A stretch of DNA of 64,000 bases from NCBI GenBank assembly GCA_043803745.1, contig JAZDJS010000002.1:1-64000 (forward strand), given 5' to 3'. Of the stretch, positions 41,888-51,663 are shown in pieces. The notes under the pieces are model-generated. The model was not told the origin of the DNA, ran no database searches, and was given only the letters and a program-made list of their open reading frames with translations. Positions within the stretch are counted from its first letter, which is position 1; each line of letters starts with the position of its first letter. This stretch comes from an archaeon. Lineage in GTDB: Archaea; SpSt-1190; DYHY01. The position numbers and the translations under genes are program-made.

Positions 41888-44038
41888 ATGAAGAAAGGAA
41901 TCAAGAGTCCTTTAAGGGTTTTGTTCGGAAGTATTTTTGCGTTTTCAGCATTGTTCCTGCTTCTGGCAGCCGTTCCTGTGGGAGCGATAACCTTCACGAC
42001 AGTAAGGCCGGTTCTCTCGACAATCCCTATTGTCAACAACACGACCAACACCACGACAACGACAATCAAAACCCTTTCAACAATCCCCCTCCAGCTCACG
42101 ACAACCTCGATAAAGGTCCTCTCGACAATTCCAATCCAGCTCACAACAAGCATCCCACCTACTACGACCTCGGTAAAGGTCCTCTCGACAATACCCTTCC
42201 AACTAACCACAATCCCGATTGTCAACAACACAACGACAACCACGACAATCAAGACACTAGTCCCACTCCTCAACGCATCGGGAATCGTTTTGGGAGATGA
42301 GCTTTCGGTAGTTCCCTTGAGCCCAGATGTCCTTCTTTCCAAGTCTCTCGCGTTCGTCGCAGGAGGCCAGGGCGCAATCGCGATTGACCGGACCCTGCAT
42401 AAGGTTCTTGCGAACCTTTCCCTTCCATTCACCCCCGTCGATGTTGCGCTTTCCCCGGATGACAAGATACTCTATGTCCTTGGAAGAAAGACAATCTCAG
42501 ACGGCTTTGGGCACACATACTATCCCTCTTATCTTGCGCGGGTCAACACAAGCACCTTCGAGCTGATTTCAACCTCGACAATCTCGACCCTCTTCAAGGC
42601 GCGGGACCTTTTCGTTGCGCCGAACGGGCGGGTATATGTCTCAACCCAGCACAAGGATACCGGGCGGTCAATGGTGTTTGTCTACGCTCCCGGGACTTCG
42701 GGCGCGATGGTAAACACAGTGAACCTCCTCGGCTCGCCAACGGCTTTCCCAATCCTTTCAATGACCTCCGACCCCTCGGGAATGAAGGTTTTCTTCGGCG
42801 GATGGGATTCCTACGCTCGCCTCTATGAGGTTAACTGGCTTATGAACCGCCTCTACTACCATCCCCTTGGCTATTATTCGATTGGCGGGATAACGAGCGT
42901 TGTAATGTCCGGTGCTTCGCGCCTCTACATCACAAGGCAGAACCAGCCGTTCATAAACTACTATTCGCCCCTGACGCCCTACCGGAAACACAAGTGGAGC
43001 ACGGGATATGTTCCTGTTGCACTTGCGGCAAGCTCGGATGGAACGACGCTTTTCGCTGTCGGAAGGGTTAGCGGAACTCCGAAAATATACAAGTATTCCG
43101 GGTTGAAGGCGCCCTCTATCTCGAACCCGGACTATTCCGTCCCTGACGCGTCCTATCTCTACACCTCGGTTTCCTCTGCATCGCTTTCTCTTCCGGTCGG
43201 CCAGATTGCCCAGTCAATAACCCTGAGCAGCGACGGCTCAGAGGCGGTGATAACGACTGCAATAGGGACAATATATCCGGCTTCGACAGGCAACCGGGTG
43301 AGTTCCTATAGCACGTCAACTCTCGGGAAGAACTGGGAAGTCCAGGTCCCCTGGGTTGCCGCAATGTCAAAGGCAGCCCTTACGAAGAACAACGTTGTCT
43401 GGCTGCACACGCCACCTGCCCCGAACATCACGATAATGCCCTTCCTGCCGCTTGAGATAGACCCGGAAATCCTAGGCATCTTTGCAAACGAGAGCACGCC
43501 TTCCGAAAACGAGAGTTCCTCAGGGAACGGGACCATTTTCATCCCGGGCTTGAAGGACCTTCTCGGCGACACGAAGTTCGACTTTTTCAAAATCCCTGAA
43601 AACGTCTCAACCAACTTTACCGAGCCGGATCCCGGGGAAAGCGACCCAGTTGTCACAACGACAATTGAACCCGAGGCAGTGATTCCGGAGTCCTCTTCGG
43701 GAAGCTCGTCATCCGGAGGAAGCTCTTCTTCCTCAGGAGGCGGATTCGACGGTTCCGTCCCGGCCTTGGGCAACGAAACCCAGATTCAAGGAGGTCCTCA
43801 GCCTGAAAGCCCCGCTGAAGAAACCGGAGGGATAAACCCGCAGCCCGAGCCTCCCTCAGGGGACTTGCAGCTTCCGGGCGGAGAAAATGAAGATGGCGCC
43901 CCAGCCCCGGCAGTTGACAGCAAGCTCAACCCGCAGCCCGAGCCTCCCGCGCCCAAGTTCGAAATCCCGATAATCTCCCCGATTTTCGAGGCAATCGCGA
44001 ACTTCTTCAAGGCTATTTTCGGCGGGGGCAAGCAATAA
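41888..44038 (+). CDS. Secreted YncE/YVTN-like beta-propeller protein with Thr-rich repeats and a Pro-rich tail
   Basis: Signal peptide, blades such as PVDVALSPDDKILYV and PVALAASSDGTTLFA, NPQPEPP repeats and an amphipathic C-terminus. Confidence 0.82.
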   Translation: MKKGIKSPLRVLFGSIFAFSALFLLLAAVPVGAITFTTVRPVLSTIPIVNNTTNTTTTTIKTLSTIPLQLTTTSIKVLSTIPIQLTTSIPPTTTSVKVLSTIPFQLTTIPIVNNTTTTTTIKTLVPLLNASGIVLGDELSVVPLSPDVLLSKSLAFVAGGQGAIAIDRTLHKVLANLSLPFTPVDVALSPDDKILYVLGRKTISDGFGHTYYPSYLARVNTSTFELISTSTISTLFKARDLFVAPNGRVYVSTQHKDTGRSMVFVYAPGTSGAMVNTVNLLGSPTAFPILSMTSDPSGMKVFFGGWDSYARLYEVNWLMNRLYYHPLGYYSIGGITSVVMSGASRLYITRQNQPFINYYSPLTPYRKHKWSTGYVPVALAASSDGTTLFAVGRVSGTPKIYKYSGLKAPSISNPDYSVPDASYLYTSVSSASLSLPVGQIAQSITLSSDGSEAVITTAIGTIYPASTGNRVSSYSTSTLGKNWEVQVPWVAAMSKAALTKNNVVWLHTPPAPNITIMPFLPLEIDPEILGIFANESTPSENESSSGNGTIFIPGLKDLLGDTKFDFFKIPENVSTNFTEPDPGESDPVVTTTIEPEAVIPESSSGSSSSGGSSSSSGGGFDGSVPALGNETQIQGGPQPESPAEETGGINPQPEPPSGDLQLPGGENEDGAPAPAVDSKLNPQPEPPAPKFEIPIISPIFEAIANFFKAIFGGGKQ
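41995..42262 (+). repeat. Intragenic imperfect tandem repeats encoding (K/P)(V/T)LSTIP...TTT
   Basis: Recurrent ctctcgacaat units and a duplicated attgtcaacaacac. Confidence 0.8.
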
Positions 44039-45140
44039 GCCAATCGGCCCCGCGGCTGCCGTAGGCAACGATCATTCTTGCAGCTTCGAGAATGTTTTCT
44101 GAATCCCGCCCAAGGATGATCGTGTTCAGGCCAGCCCTTCTTCCGGCGCCGCCGTCCTTCTCCAAATCATCCCCTATGAAATGGCTTGCCCGGACGTCCC
44201 CGGTCTCCCGTTCAAGTATTTGCTCGAACATCCCCGTTCCCGGCTTTTTGCATTCGCAGCCGTCGTCCTTCGTGTGGGGACAGTATGAATAGCTGTCAAC
44301 TTCGATTCCGGCGTCTGCATACCTTTGAACGAGCCGTTTGAAGACTCCTTCAACTTCCGCAGGACTCATCAGCCCCTTTCCTATCCAGGACTGGTTGCTT
44401 ACTATATGCAGCGCGTATCCCTGCTCTTTCAGCAGCCGAAGCGCCGGGAGGCTTTCCGGATATATCTCGTCAGTTGGAATTATCGGGGGGCACTTTGAGT
44501 TGTCGACAAGAACCCCGTCCTTGTCAAGGAAAACTATTTTCTTCATCGGCATCCCGAGTAGTCCGTAAACATTGCTTCTTACCTGCTGGAAAACCGCTCC
44601 CTCGCTCCCTCCGCAATAGATGAGCGCAGAATTCGGAAGGCTTGCCGCAAGACCCTCGAAATTTTCCCTCAGTTGATGCATTTTCTGAAGCTCTTCGGAA
44701 ACTTGTTTTTCACCCTCCCTTTCATTGACCCGTGCGAAAGCTATTTCCGGCTCGCAAACGAAGAAAAGGGCAAGATCAGGGTCGGGGAAGAATGAATTGA
44801 GCGCCTTCAGCTCTTCGGCAGGGAGTCCCGTCTGGTAGCCGAGAGCGGCATATTTGCTCCGGTCCATCAATATCAGGCAGTCCCTTTCAAGAAGCGGAGA
44901 AATCTCCTCGGCAAACTGCTTTCTCCTGTCAGCCGAGAAAAGGAATGCCTCGACATAAGGGTCCCTGAGCTCCGAGGGCCTTTCTGAGCGGTATTTCTTT
45001 ATCAGACCGTCCGCGAATCCGCTTGGTTCCCTGAAAACGTGCGCTTCAATCCCCAGCGCGTCAAGTCGGTTCTTCATCAGCTTTAATTGGGTCGTCTTCC
45101 CGGTCCCGCTCATCCCCTCGAAAGCAGCTATTCTTGCCAC
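44013..45140 (-). CDS. tmk: Fusion of dTMP kinase and a HAD-IIIA (GmhB/HisB-like) phosphatase
   Basis: Kinase motifs FEGMSGTGKTTQ, REPS and DRSKYAALGYQ. HAD motifs FLDKDG, SNQS, CPH..CECKKP and IGDD. The GTG at 45140 overlaps the upstream TAG. Confidence 0.85.
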   Translation of the reverse strand: MARIAAFEGMSGTGKTTQLKLMKNRLDALGIEAHVFREPSGFADGLIKKYRSERPSELRDPYVEAFLFSADRRKQFAEEISPLLERDCLILMDRSKYAALGYQTGLPAEELKALNSFFPDPDLALFFVCEPEIAFARVNEREGEKQVSEELQKMHQLRENFEGLAASLPNSALIYCGGSEGAVFQQVRSNVYGLLGMPMKKIVFLDKDGVLVDNSKCPPIIPTDEIYPESLPALRLLKEQGYALHIVSNQSWIGKGLMSPAEVEGVFKRLVQRYADAGIEVDSYSYCPHTKDDGCECKKPGTGMFEQILERETGDVRASHFIGDDLEKDGGAGRRAGLNTIILGRDSENILEAARMIVAYGSRGADWLIACPRRK

Positions 45141-45781
45141 TAGCGTCCCCCTTCGCGATAGCCCTTCGAGCCGAGAGCTGAAAGGTCCCGGTAAAGCCAA
45201 AAGGATTCCCCAAGATACCTTTTCTTGAACTGGCGGGATGGAATCCTGTCGACAATCATTACATCGTTCCATCCGTTCGGGACAATCGGGACCTGGAAAA
45301 GCTCGTCAACCCCCGAAACTTTTGCAATGAGGATTTCCTCTCCGTTCCTGAGGCCGAGATATGCTCGATGTCCGCCGTCAATGAGGACGGGGAGGGAAAG
45401 CTTGCTGCAGCCCCTTTCGATTTGCTGGGGGCAGGCGAGGAAATATTTCCCCTGTTCGACTATCGGCGGAGCAAGAACGACTTCGCCGTCGGGAGTTTCA
45501 AGGATTGCAAGTCCAGAAAGATTGAGCGTGTCAATCCCCGCGTCTTTGTGAAGACGTTCTCGGAGCTTCTCCTGGAAAAGGACCGTCTCCCGGACAAGAT
45601 ATTCGGTTGTCAGGTTGAGCTCCTCGGGCCTGACCGCCTCCGACTCAATCAAAGTTCTTTTGTAGACCCCCCGATCCTTCCTGGGGATTTGCTCGCTCCC
45701 GACAATCCCGACTTTCCGGAGCCTTCCCTCAAGGGCAGCCCAGGGCAGGATTTCCTTGACGCCGATTGAGGAAACATCCAT
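45140..45781 (-). CDS. ParB/Sulfiredoxin-fold protein (213 aa)
   Basis: PPIVE...PVLIDGGHRAY matches the ParB/Srx P-I-x...DG-x-HR signature. Confidence 0.65.
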   Translation of the reverse strand: MDVSSIGVKEILPWAALEGRLRKVGIVGSEQIPRKDRGVYKRTLIESEAVRPEELNLTTEYLVRETVLFQEKLRERLHKDAGIDTLNLSGLAILETPDGEVVLAPPIVEQGKYFLACPQQIERGCSKLSLPVLIDGGHRAYLGLRNGEEILIAKVSGVDELFQVPIVPNGWNDVMIVDRIPSRQFKKRYLGESFWLYRDLSALGSKGYREGGR

Positions 45782-45879
45782 TCACTAGAAGAGTGTTGTA
45801 TTTCCTATAGCCGTTTCTCACCTATTTTCAACCTCACTGTTGTATATTATTAAAAAGGGACGCGCGCCCTTTCCGGAGG

Positions 45880-46737
45880 ATGCTCGACAGGAAAATCTCC
45901 CGACAGATTGAGGAATTCGTCCTTACCCGCCCCAGGACGGTCCAGGAAATCGCCGAGCTCCTGAAGAAGAATTGGCGGACTGCCGAAAGCTATGTCGAAA
46001 GGATTGCTTCAGAGGAGGGCACCTTGGCAATGCACACCTTCCGCGGGGGAACGAGGGGCGCGCTCAAGCTTGTCTACTGGAGCAATATCGAGCGCCCGCA
46101 TTCAACAGCGCTCCAGGAAAAGCTTTTCAGGCAGATTGAGATTGGCAGGAACAAGTCTGATTTCTCGCCTTTCGACATCTACCAGTTCGTTCCGGACAAA
46201 AAGAAGGAGGCATATCTTGAGGAGCAGGCTGACGATACGAAGGAAGTCAGGCAGGACCTGGTCGGACCCCTCAGAAGCGCGAAAGAGCAAGTGTTGATTT
46301 TCTCGGGGAACCTTTCTTGGGCGAACCTTGTCCAGAAAGGGACGAAGATGGTTGATGTTTTCGAGGAGCTCGGACGCGCCGGAGTTTCGGTGAAATTTCT
46401 CGTGTCCAACCTCGACATTTCCGCAATCCAAAGCTGGAAAAAGCTCAATTCGGTGAACGAGCGGCTTGGCCGGGACGCAATCGAAGTCAGGTGCGCCCAG
46501 CACCCCTTGCGGGCATTCATCGTTGACAAGAATCTTGTCCAGTTCAAGGAAACGCTCTCGCCTTCCAACTATGAGAGGGGCGAACTGAAGCGGAAAACCT
46601 ATGTCTTCTACAAGATATATGACGAGGAATGGGTCGGCTGGATGCAGAAGGTTTTCTGGAATCTTTTCAGGTCCGCGCTGCCGGCCGAGGAGCGGGTCCG
46701 GAACCTCAGGAAAATCTCCGGGCTCCGGAGAATCTAG
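45880..46737 (+). CDS. wHTH transcriptional regulator with a TrmB/PLD-like C-terminal domain
   Basis: PRTVQEIAELLKKNWRTAESYV, and LRSAKEQVLIFSGNLSW...RAFIVDK. Confidence 0.7.
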   Translation: MLDRKISRQIEEFVLTRPRTVQEIAELLKKNWRTAESYVERIASEEGTLAMHTFRGGTRGALKLVYWSNIERPHSTALQEKLFRQIEIGRNKSDFSPFDIYQFVPDKKKEAYLEEQADDTKEVRQDLVGPLRSAKEQVLIFSGNLSWANLVQKGTKMVDVFEELGRAGVSVKFLVSNLDISAIQSWKKLNSVNERLGRDAIEVRCAQHPLRAFIVDKNLVQFKETLSPSNYERGELKRKTYVFYKIYDEEWVGWMQKVFWNLFRSALPAEERVRNLRKISGLRRI

Positions 46738-46743
46738 TGCTTG

Positions 46744-48210
46744 TCAAAAGAAAGTTTCTTCAAAATCCGCCCACTTCCGGAAAGCCCGAGAAAGCAGAAC
46801 TGCTGAGAGCGGAACCAGCATCAGCAGGAGGAGGAGGAGGAGGAGACTCCGGGAGCCAGGCCAGCTTACAAGGGAAAGGAAAACGAAAGCTCCGGAGGGG
46901 ATTGCTATCAGCGCCGAATATTTCGCAAAAGCCCATCCGCCGTAAAGGCGCAGGGAAGGCTCAAGCCCCGTCAGGAAAACCGTCACTGAAAGCGAATATG
47001 CTGAGAAGATCAGGCAGGAAAAAACGGCTTCAAGAATCCCAAAAAAGCCCTCACCGAGGGCAACGCCGGAAAAAACAATCAGGGCGACCGGAAGGACGTT
47101 CAGGATAGCATAGCCGGAAAGCTTTCCCCAAATCAGCTGGGATTTTCTAACCGGAAGGAAGGAATATGCTGCCTGAAAATCGAACTCAGTCAGCCAGTTG
47201 TACATTGAGGAGGAAACAATCCCAGTGAAGATGGCGAACGCAAGGAAGACCGGAAGCTCGGGGGCGATTGCCGAAAGCTTCGAAAGGAGATACCAGACCG
47301 CGCCAAGAGGGACGAGGAAAGCGAAAATCACCCGCCCCAGGCCGCCCCCGCTTCTGAGCAGGTCAAGGAAATCCTTCCCAACGAAAGCAAACCTTGCCGG
47401 AAGATTCTTCAGGAGCAAAAGGTGCTTCTTTCCCCCCTTCGGCTTCGAGACGCTCTCAGCATAGTCGTTCTCGAGCAGGACCAGCCCGCCTGCGGAAAGG
47501 ATTGCTGCCGCAAGAAGAAAGCCGGCTGTATTGGCAAGTGAAAAATTCTCCGGGAAAAATGAAATCAGGCCAAGGAATTCACTCCAAAATGCCTTTGCGA
47601 AAAAAGCGCAGGAAACAACAGCTGCAAGGAAAACCGCCTTGGATTTCACAAGAACCCCTGAAAGGAAGAACGAAAGCGACATCCCCGAAAGGAAAAGCAA
47701 GCTTCCCTCGAAAACAAGCGCTGCAAGCCCCGGGAGAGAAAAGCCCGCCCCGGCAACTACCGCAAAAATCCTGATTCCGAGCCCGAGCCCTAGGAGGGAC
47801 GGGGCGAGCCAGAGGAGGATGTAGTAGAAAGAATCCTTGAGGATGAACGCCAGGAAAATCAGCCTGTCGCTGACCGGGAGGATTCTCGAGGAATAGGAAA
47901 CAAGGCTTGCCTGGCCGAACCGCCTGTTCAGGATTTCCCGTCCGAAAATCCCGAACGCCCCTACCGAGAAGCCCAGGACAATGCAAAAGCCGGCGACTCC
48001 GAGGAAAAAGTCCCGCGCCGGGATTGCCAGGAGGAAGACTGAAAACAGAATTGAAAGAATCAGCGAGATTGAGAAAAGGGCCGCTGGAAAAAGGAGGAAG
48101 GGGACTTTGCCGAAAAGGAGCGTGTGGATTCTCCATTCCTCGGCAACCTGCCACTTCAGTATTTCCCGGAACCGCCTGAACTCCCGGAACCCCCCAAGCC
48201 AGCCGGTCAT
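46744..48210 (-). CDS. ABC transporter permease (multi-TM)
   Basis: About 12 TM helices, with an ATGA overlap with the ABC ATPase. Confidence 0.8.
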   Translation of the reverse strand: MTGWLGGFREFRRFREILKWQVAEEWRIHTLLFGKVPFLLFPAALFSISLILSILFSVFLLAIPARDFFLGVAGFCIVLGFSVGAFGIFGREILNRRFGQASLVSYSSRILPVSDRLIFLAFILKDSFYYILLWLAPSLLGLGLGIRIFAVVAGAGFSLPGLAALVFEGSLLFLSGMSLSFFLSGVLVKSKAVFLAAVVSCAFFAKAFWSEFLGLISFFPENFSLANTAGFLLAAAILSAGGLVLLENDYAESVSKPKGGKKHLLLLKNLPARFAFVGKDFLDLLRSGGGLGRVIFAFLVPLGAVWYLLSKLSAIAPELPVFLAFAIFTGIVSSSMYNWLTEFDFQAAYSFLPVRKSQLIWGKLSGYAILNVLPVALIVFSGVALGEGFFGILEAVFSCLIFSAYSLSVTVFLTGLEPSLRLYGGWAFAKYSALIAIPSGAFVFLSLVSWPGSRSLLLLLLLLMLVPLSAVLLSRAFRKWADFEETFF

Positions 48211-48974
48211 TTTCTCCCTCGGGGATTCCCTCTTCGCAGCCGAGGGGAAGAGACCAGGCTGAAGAAAACCTGCTCAAGATTTTTCCCCCGCTTCCGAAGG
48301 TCGGATATTTTCCCCGTCTTAAGCAGTTTTCCTCCGGAAATTATCCCGTAATCCGTGCAGAGCTTCTCGGCAACCTCGAGGACGTGCGTGCAGAAGAAAA
48401 CAGTCCCCCCCCTTTTTGCAAACCCGGTAAGGAATTCCTTGACGCTCTTCTGGACTATCGGGTCGAGGTTTATCAGGGGCTCGTCAATGAAGGCAACCTT
48501 CGGCTCGTGTATGAACGCCTGGGCGAACATCAGCTTCTGCCGGGTCCCCCGGGAAAGGTCCTTGCAAAGCGTGTCCCGCTCGCTTTCAAGGGAGAAGAAG
48601 GAAAGCCACCGGGAGATTTTCTTTTCAGCCCCCTCAGCCCTCTCAACTCCCCGTATCTTGCAAACGAACTGGAGATATTCCTCGGAGGTGAGAAAGCTCG
48701 GAGGAGTTTCCTGCTCGGGCATTATCCCGACCGCCTCCCGGACCTTTATCGGTTCCTTCTCCGGATCAATCCCGAGCACAAGCGCTCGCCCTGAAGTCGG
48801 CTTGAGCTGGCCCGTCAGCAGCCTGACTGTCGTGGTTTTCCCGCTTCCATTCGGCCCGAGGAACCCGAAAATGCTTCCTGCCTCAACCGAGAGCGAAACA
48901 GAATCCACCGCGCGGGTTCTTCCCGGAAAAATCTTCGTTAGCCCTTCAGTCATTATTACGCGGCGACCGTCCAT
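48207..48974 (-). CDS. ABC transporter ATP-binding protein
   Basis: GPNGSGKTT, LSRGTRQK, FIDEP and an H-loop. Confidence 0.95.
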   Translation of the reverse strand: MDGRRVIMTEGLTKIFPGRTRAVDSVSLSVEAGSIFGFLGPNGSGKTTTVRLLTGQLKPTSGRALVLGIDPEKEPIKVREAVGIMPEQETPPSFLTSEEYLQFVCKIRGVERAEGAEKKISRWLSFFSLESERDTLCKDLSRGTRQKLMFAQAFIHEPKVAFIDEPLINLDPIVQKSVKEFLTGFAKRGGTVFFCTHVLEVAEKLCTDYGIISGGKLLKTGKISDLRKRGKNLEQVFFSLVSSPRLRRGNPRGRK

Positions 48975-49075
48975 TTCACCCGGCTTCGCATGCGCCCGAT
49001 TAAATCATTTGCCGGTTTCTGTCCCGTCCGAATCTCATAAAAACTCTTTTAAATCGACAGCCCCGCGAGCCGCCC

Positions 49076-51091
49076 ATGGTAGTTAAATATGCGATAGGAG
49101 CGAGCCTTTTCGGGCTTGCGTTTGCGGCATATCTTGTGAAGGACATTCTTTCGAAGGAGGAGGGCTCCAGCAAAATCAAGGAGATCGCCCGGGCAATCCA
49201 GACGGGCGCGATGGCTTTCCTGAAGCGGCAGTACGTCACTATTTCATTCATGAGCGTCGTCCTTGCAATTGCAATCGGGTTCTTCATTTCCTGGAAAACC
49301 GCGATTTCATTTATGATAGGCGCGTTCTTCTCCGGACTCGCCGGCTATGTAAGCATGTGGGTCGCGGTCCGGGCGAACAGCAGGACAACCCGGGCTGCTG
49401 AAAAGTACGGGCTTAACGAGGCGCTCAAGGTTTCCTTCCGCGGAGGCGCGGTAATGGGACTCTCGGTTGTCGGGATGAGCCTGCTTTCGGTCTCGGTTCT
49501 CTACCTTGTATTCGGGAACCCGACGGAAATAATCGGACTCGGGTTCGGCGCAAGCTTTGTTGCCCTGTTCGCCCAGCTTGGCGGAGGGATTTACACCAAA
49601 GCTGCCGATGTCGGGGCGGACCTTGTCGGGAAGGTTGAGAAGAACATTCCCGAGGATGACCCGAGGAACCCCGCCGTTATCGCGGACCTTGTCGGGGACA
49701 ATGTCGGGGACTGCGCCGGAAGGGGCGCGGATCTTTTCGAATCCTGCACGGCCGAGAACATCGGCGCAATGATTCTTGGAATCGCACTGATGCCGGTCTA
49801 CGGGATAGGCGCGGTTCTTTTTCCCCTTGTTGCGCGGGCAGCGGGGATAATATCCTCGATAATAGGGATGTTCTTCGTCAGCGTCAAGTCGGACAACGAC
49901 GACCCGCTCAGGGGAATGGACAAGGGGCTTTACGTCTCGTCAATCCTTTCAGCCGTTGCCTTTTACTTCCTCGTGCAGATTTTCCTCAAGGGCAACATGA
50001 ACCTCTTTTATGCATCCCTTGTCGGAATGGCAACGACAATCGTAATCCGCTACATAACAGAATACTACACAGCGAAGAAATACAAGCCGGTCCAGGACAT
50101 TGCAAAGGCATCCCAGACCGGAGCCGCAACGAACTTCATCAAGGGGTTTGCAGTGGGGCTTGAATCAACCGCAATGCCGGTAATCGTGATGTGCGTTGCA
50201 ATATTGGGGGCCTATTCGCTTGGCAGCGCCGGAGGAGCCGGATTTGCGGGCGGAATCTATGGCACGGCAGTTGCGACAATCGGAATGCTTTCAACGGCGG
50301 TCTTCATCCTTGCGATGGACGGCTACGGACCGATTTCCGACAACGCCGGAGGAATCGGGGAAATGGCGGGAATAGACAAGAGAGTCAGGGACAAGATACT
50401 CGACCCGCTCGATTCCCTCGGGAACACGACCAAGTCCCTTACGAAGGGGTATGCAATGGGCTCGGCGGCGCTCTCTGCGTTCCTTCTTTTCGCGGCATAT
50501 CTCGAGATAACCAAGCTCACCGTCGTCGACATCGCGATTCCGAGCGTTTTCGTCGGGGCGTTCATCGGAGTAGCCCTCCCATACCTTTTCAGCTCTTTTG
50601 CGATAAGCGCGGTCGGGAACGCTGCCTTCGAAATGGTCAACGAGGTCAGGAGGCAGTTCAAGGAAATAAAGGGCCTGATGGCCGGGAAGGCAAAGCCGGA
50701 CTATGCGAGATGCGTCGACATAAGCACAAAAGCCGCACTTCGGGAAATGGTTGTTCCGGGGATCCTTGTTGTTGGCGCGCCAATAGTTGTCGGTCTTCTC
50801 CTTGGTCCTGCAGCGGTTGCGGGGCTTCTGGTCGGCTCGACAATGAGCGGAATAGTTCTTGCGCTCCTGATGAACACCGGAGGCGCCGCATGGGACAACG
50901 CGAAGAAATACATCGAGGGCGGAGCATATGGCGGAAAGGGATCGGTAACGCACGCAGCAGCAGTCGCGGGCGACACTGTCGGCGACCCGTTCAAGGATAC
51001 CGCGGGACCCTCGCTCCACGTGCTCGTGAAACTGCTGAACACGATTTCGCTTGTGTTCGCGCCGATTTTCATCGGCTTGCTGATGCACTGA
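49076..51091 (+). CDS. hppA: Membrane-bound ion-translocating pyrophosphatase
   Basis: GGGIYTKAADVGADLVGKVE, EDDPRNP, DNVGDCAGRGADLFES, GNTTKS and GDTVGDPFKDTAGPS. Confidence 0.97.
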   Translation: MVVKYAIGASLFGLAFAAYLVKDILSKEEGSSKIKEIARAIQTGAMAFLKRQYVTISFMSVVLAIAIGFFISWKTAISFMIGAFFSGLAGYVSMWVAVRANSRTTRAAEKYGLNEALKVSFRGGAVMGLSVVGMSLLSVSVLYLVFGNPTEIIGLGFGASFVALFAQLGGGIYTKAADVGADLVGKVEKNIPEDDPRNPAVIADLVGDNVGDCAGRGADLFESCTAENIGAMILGIALMPVYGIGAVLFPLVARAAGIISSIIGMFFVSVKSDNDDPLRGMDKGLYVSSILSAVAFYFLVQIFLKGNMNLFYASLVGMATTIVIRYITEYYTAKKYKPVQDIAKASQTGAATNFIKGFAVGLESTAMPVIVMCVAILGAYSLGSAGGAGFAGGIYGTAVATIGMLSTAVFILAMDGYGPISDNAGGIGEMAGIDKRVRDKILDPLDSLGNTTKSLTKGYAMGSAALSAFLLFAAYLEITKLTVVDIAIPSVFVGAFIGVALPYLFSSFAISAVGNAAFEMVNEVRRQFKEIKGLMAGKAKPDYARCVDISTKAALREMVVPGILVVGAPIVVGLLLGPAAVAGLLVGSTMSGIVLALLMNTGGAAWDNAKKYIEGGAYGGKGSVTHAAAVAGDTVGDPFKDTAGPSLHVLVKLLNTISLVFAPIFIGLLMH

Positions 51092-51132
51092 CTGAGGAAG
51101 GCAGGCGGGGCTCGCCAAACCCCCTTTGTTTT

Positions 51133-51612
51133 TTAATATTCCACTTTGTCCTTTTTCAGGAACCATTCCCGCATTATCGGAAGGGCGCGTTCTCTCAAAA
51201 GCATCTTTTTCGGAACTCCGGTTTTTATTCCCCTCAGAACATCGTAGAAAAATTCGTCGTCAAAGCCTATCTTGGCAGCGTCCCTTCGGGTTGCCCCGTA
51301 ATAGACCTTGTCAATCCGCGCCCAGTTTATTGCAGCGAGGCACATTGGGCAGGGCTCGCAGGTCGAGTAAAGCGTGCATCCGGCAAGGCTGAACGTGCCG
51401 AGCTTCCTGCACGCGCGCCTTATCGCAACAATTTCTGCATGGGCGGTCGGGTCGTTCGAGAAGGGAACCATATTCACCCCGGTTGAAACCAGTTTCCCGC
51501 CTTTTTTCGCAATCGCCGCGCCAAACGGGCCCCCCTTTTTCCTCCGCACTCCCCTTTCCGCTTCCTTCAGTGCGCGAGTCATGAGCGTCTGGTTTAGTTC
51601 AGCTGCCTGCAT
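51133..51612 (-). CDS. Zn-dependent nucleoside/guanine deaminase (CDA fold)
   Basis: GGPFGA, DPTAHAE and CEPCPMC. Confidence 0.92.
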   Translation of the reverse strand: MQAAELNQTLMTRALKEAERGVRRKKGGPFGAAIAKKGGKLVSTGVNMVPFSNDPTAHAEIVAIRRACRKLGTFSLAGCTLYSTCEPCPMCLAAINWARIDKVYYGATRRDAAKIGFDDEFFYDVLRGIKTGVPKKMLLRERALPIMREWFLKKDKVEY

Positions 51613-51663
51613 GGCAAGAAAGGAAACGAAAGCGTTTTAATTTGTTTTGGTTTCCTTTCCGGA

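Noticed and set aside
46052-46078. Match gaggggcgcgct..agct...ctact to the intergenic repeat at 889-914
   Set aside because: It has only a 12-bp exact core and lies inside a coding region, which is compatible with chance in 64 kb of GC-rich DNA.
46820-46845. (GGA)n microsatellite as a phase-variation tract
   Set aside because: It is a triplet repeat encoding a Leu run in a TM helix, so length changes would not shift the frame.
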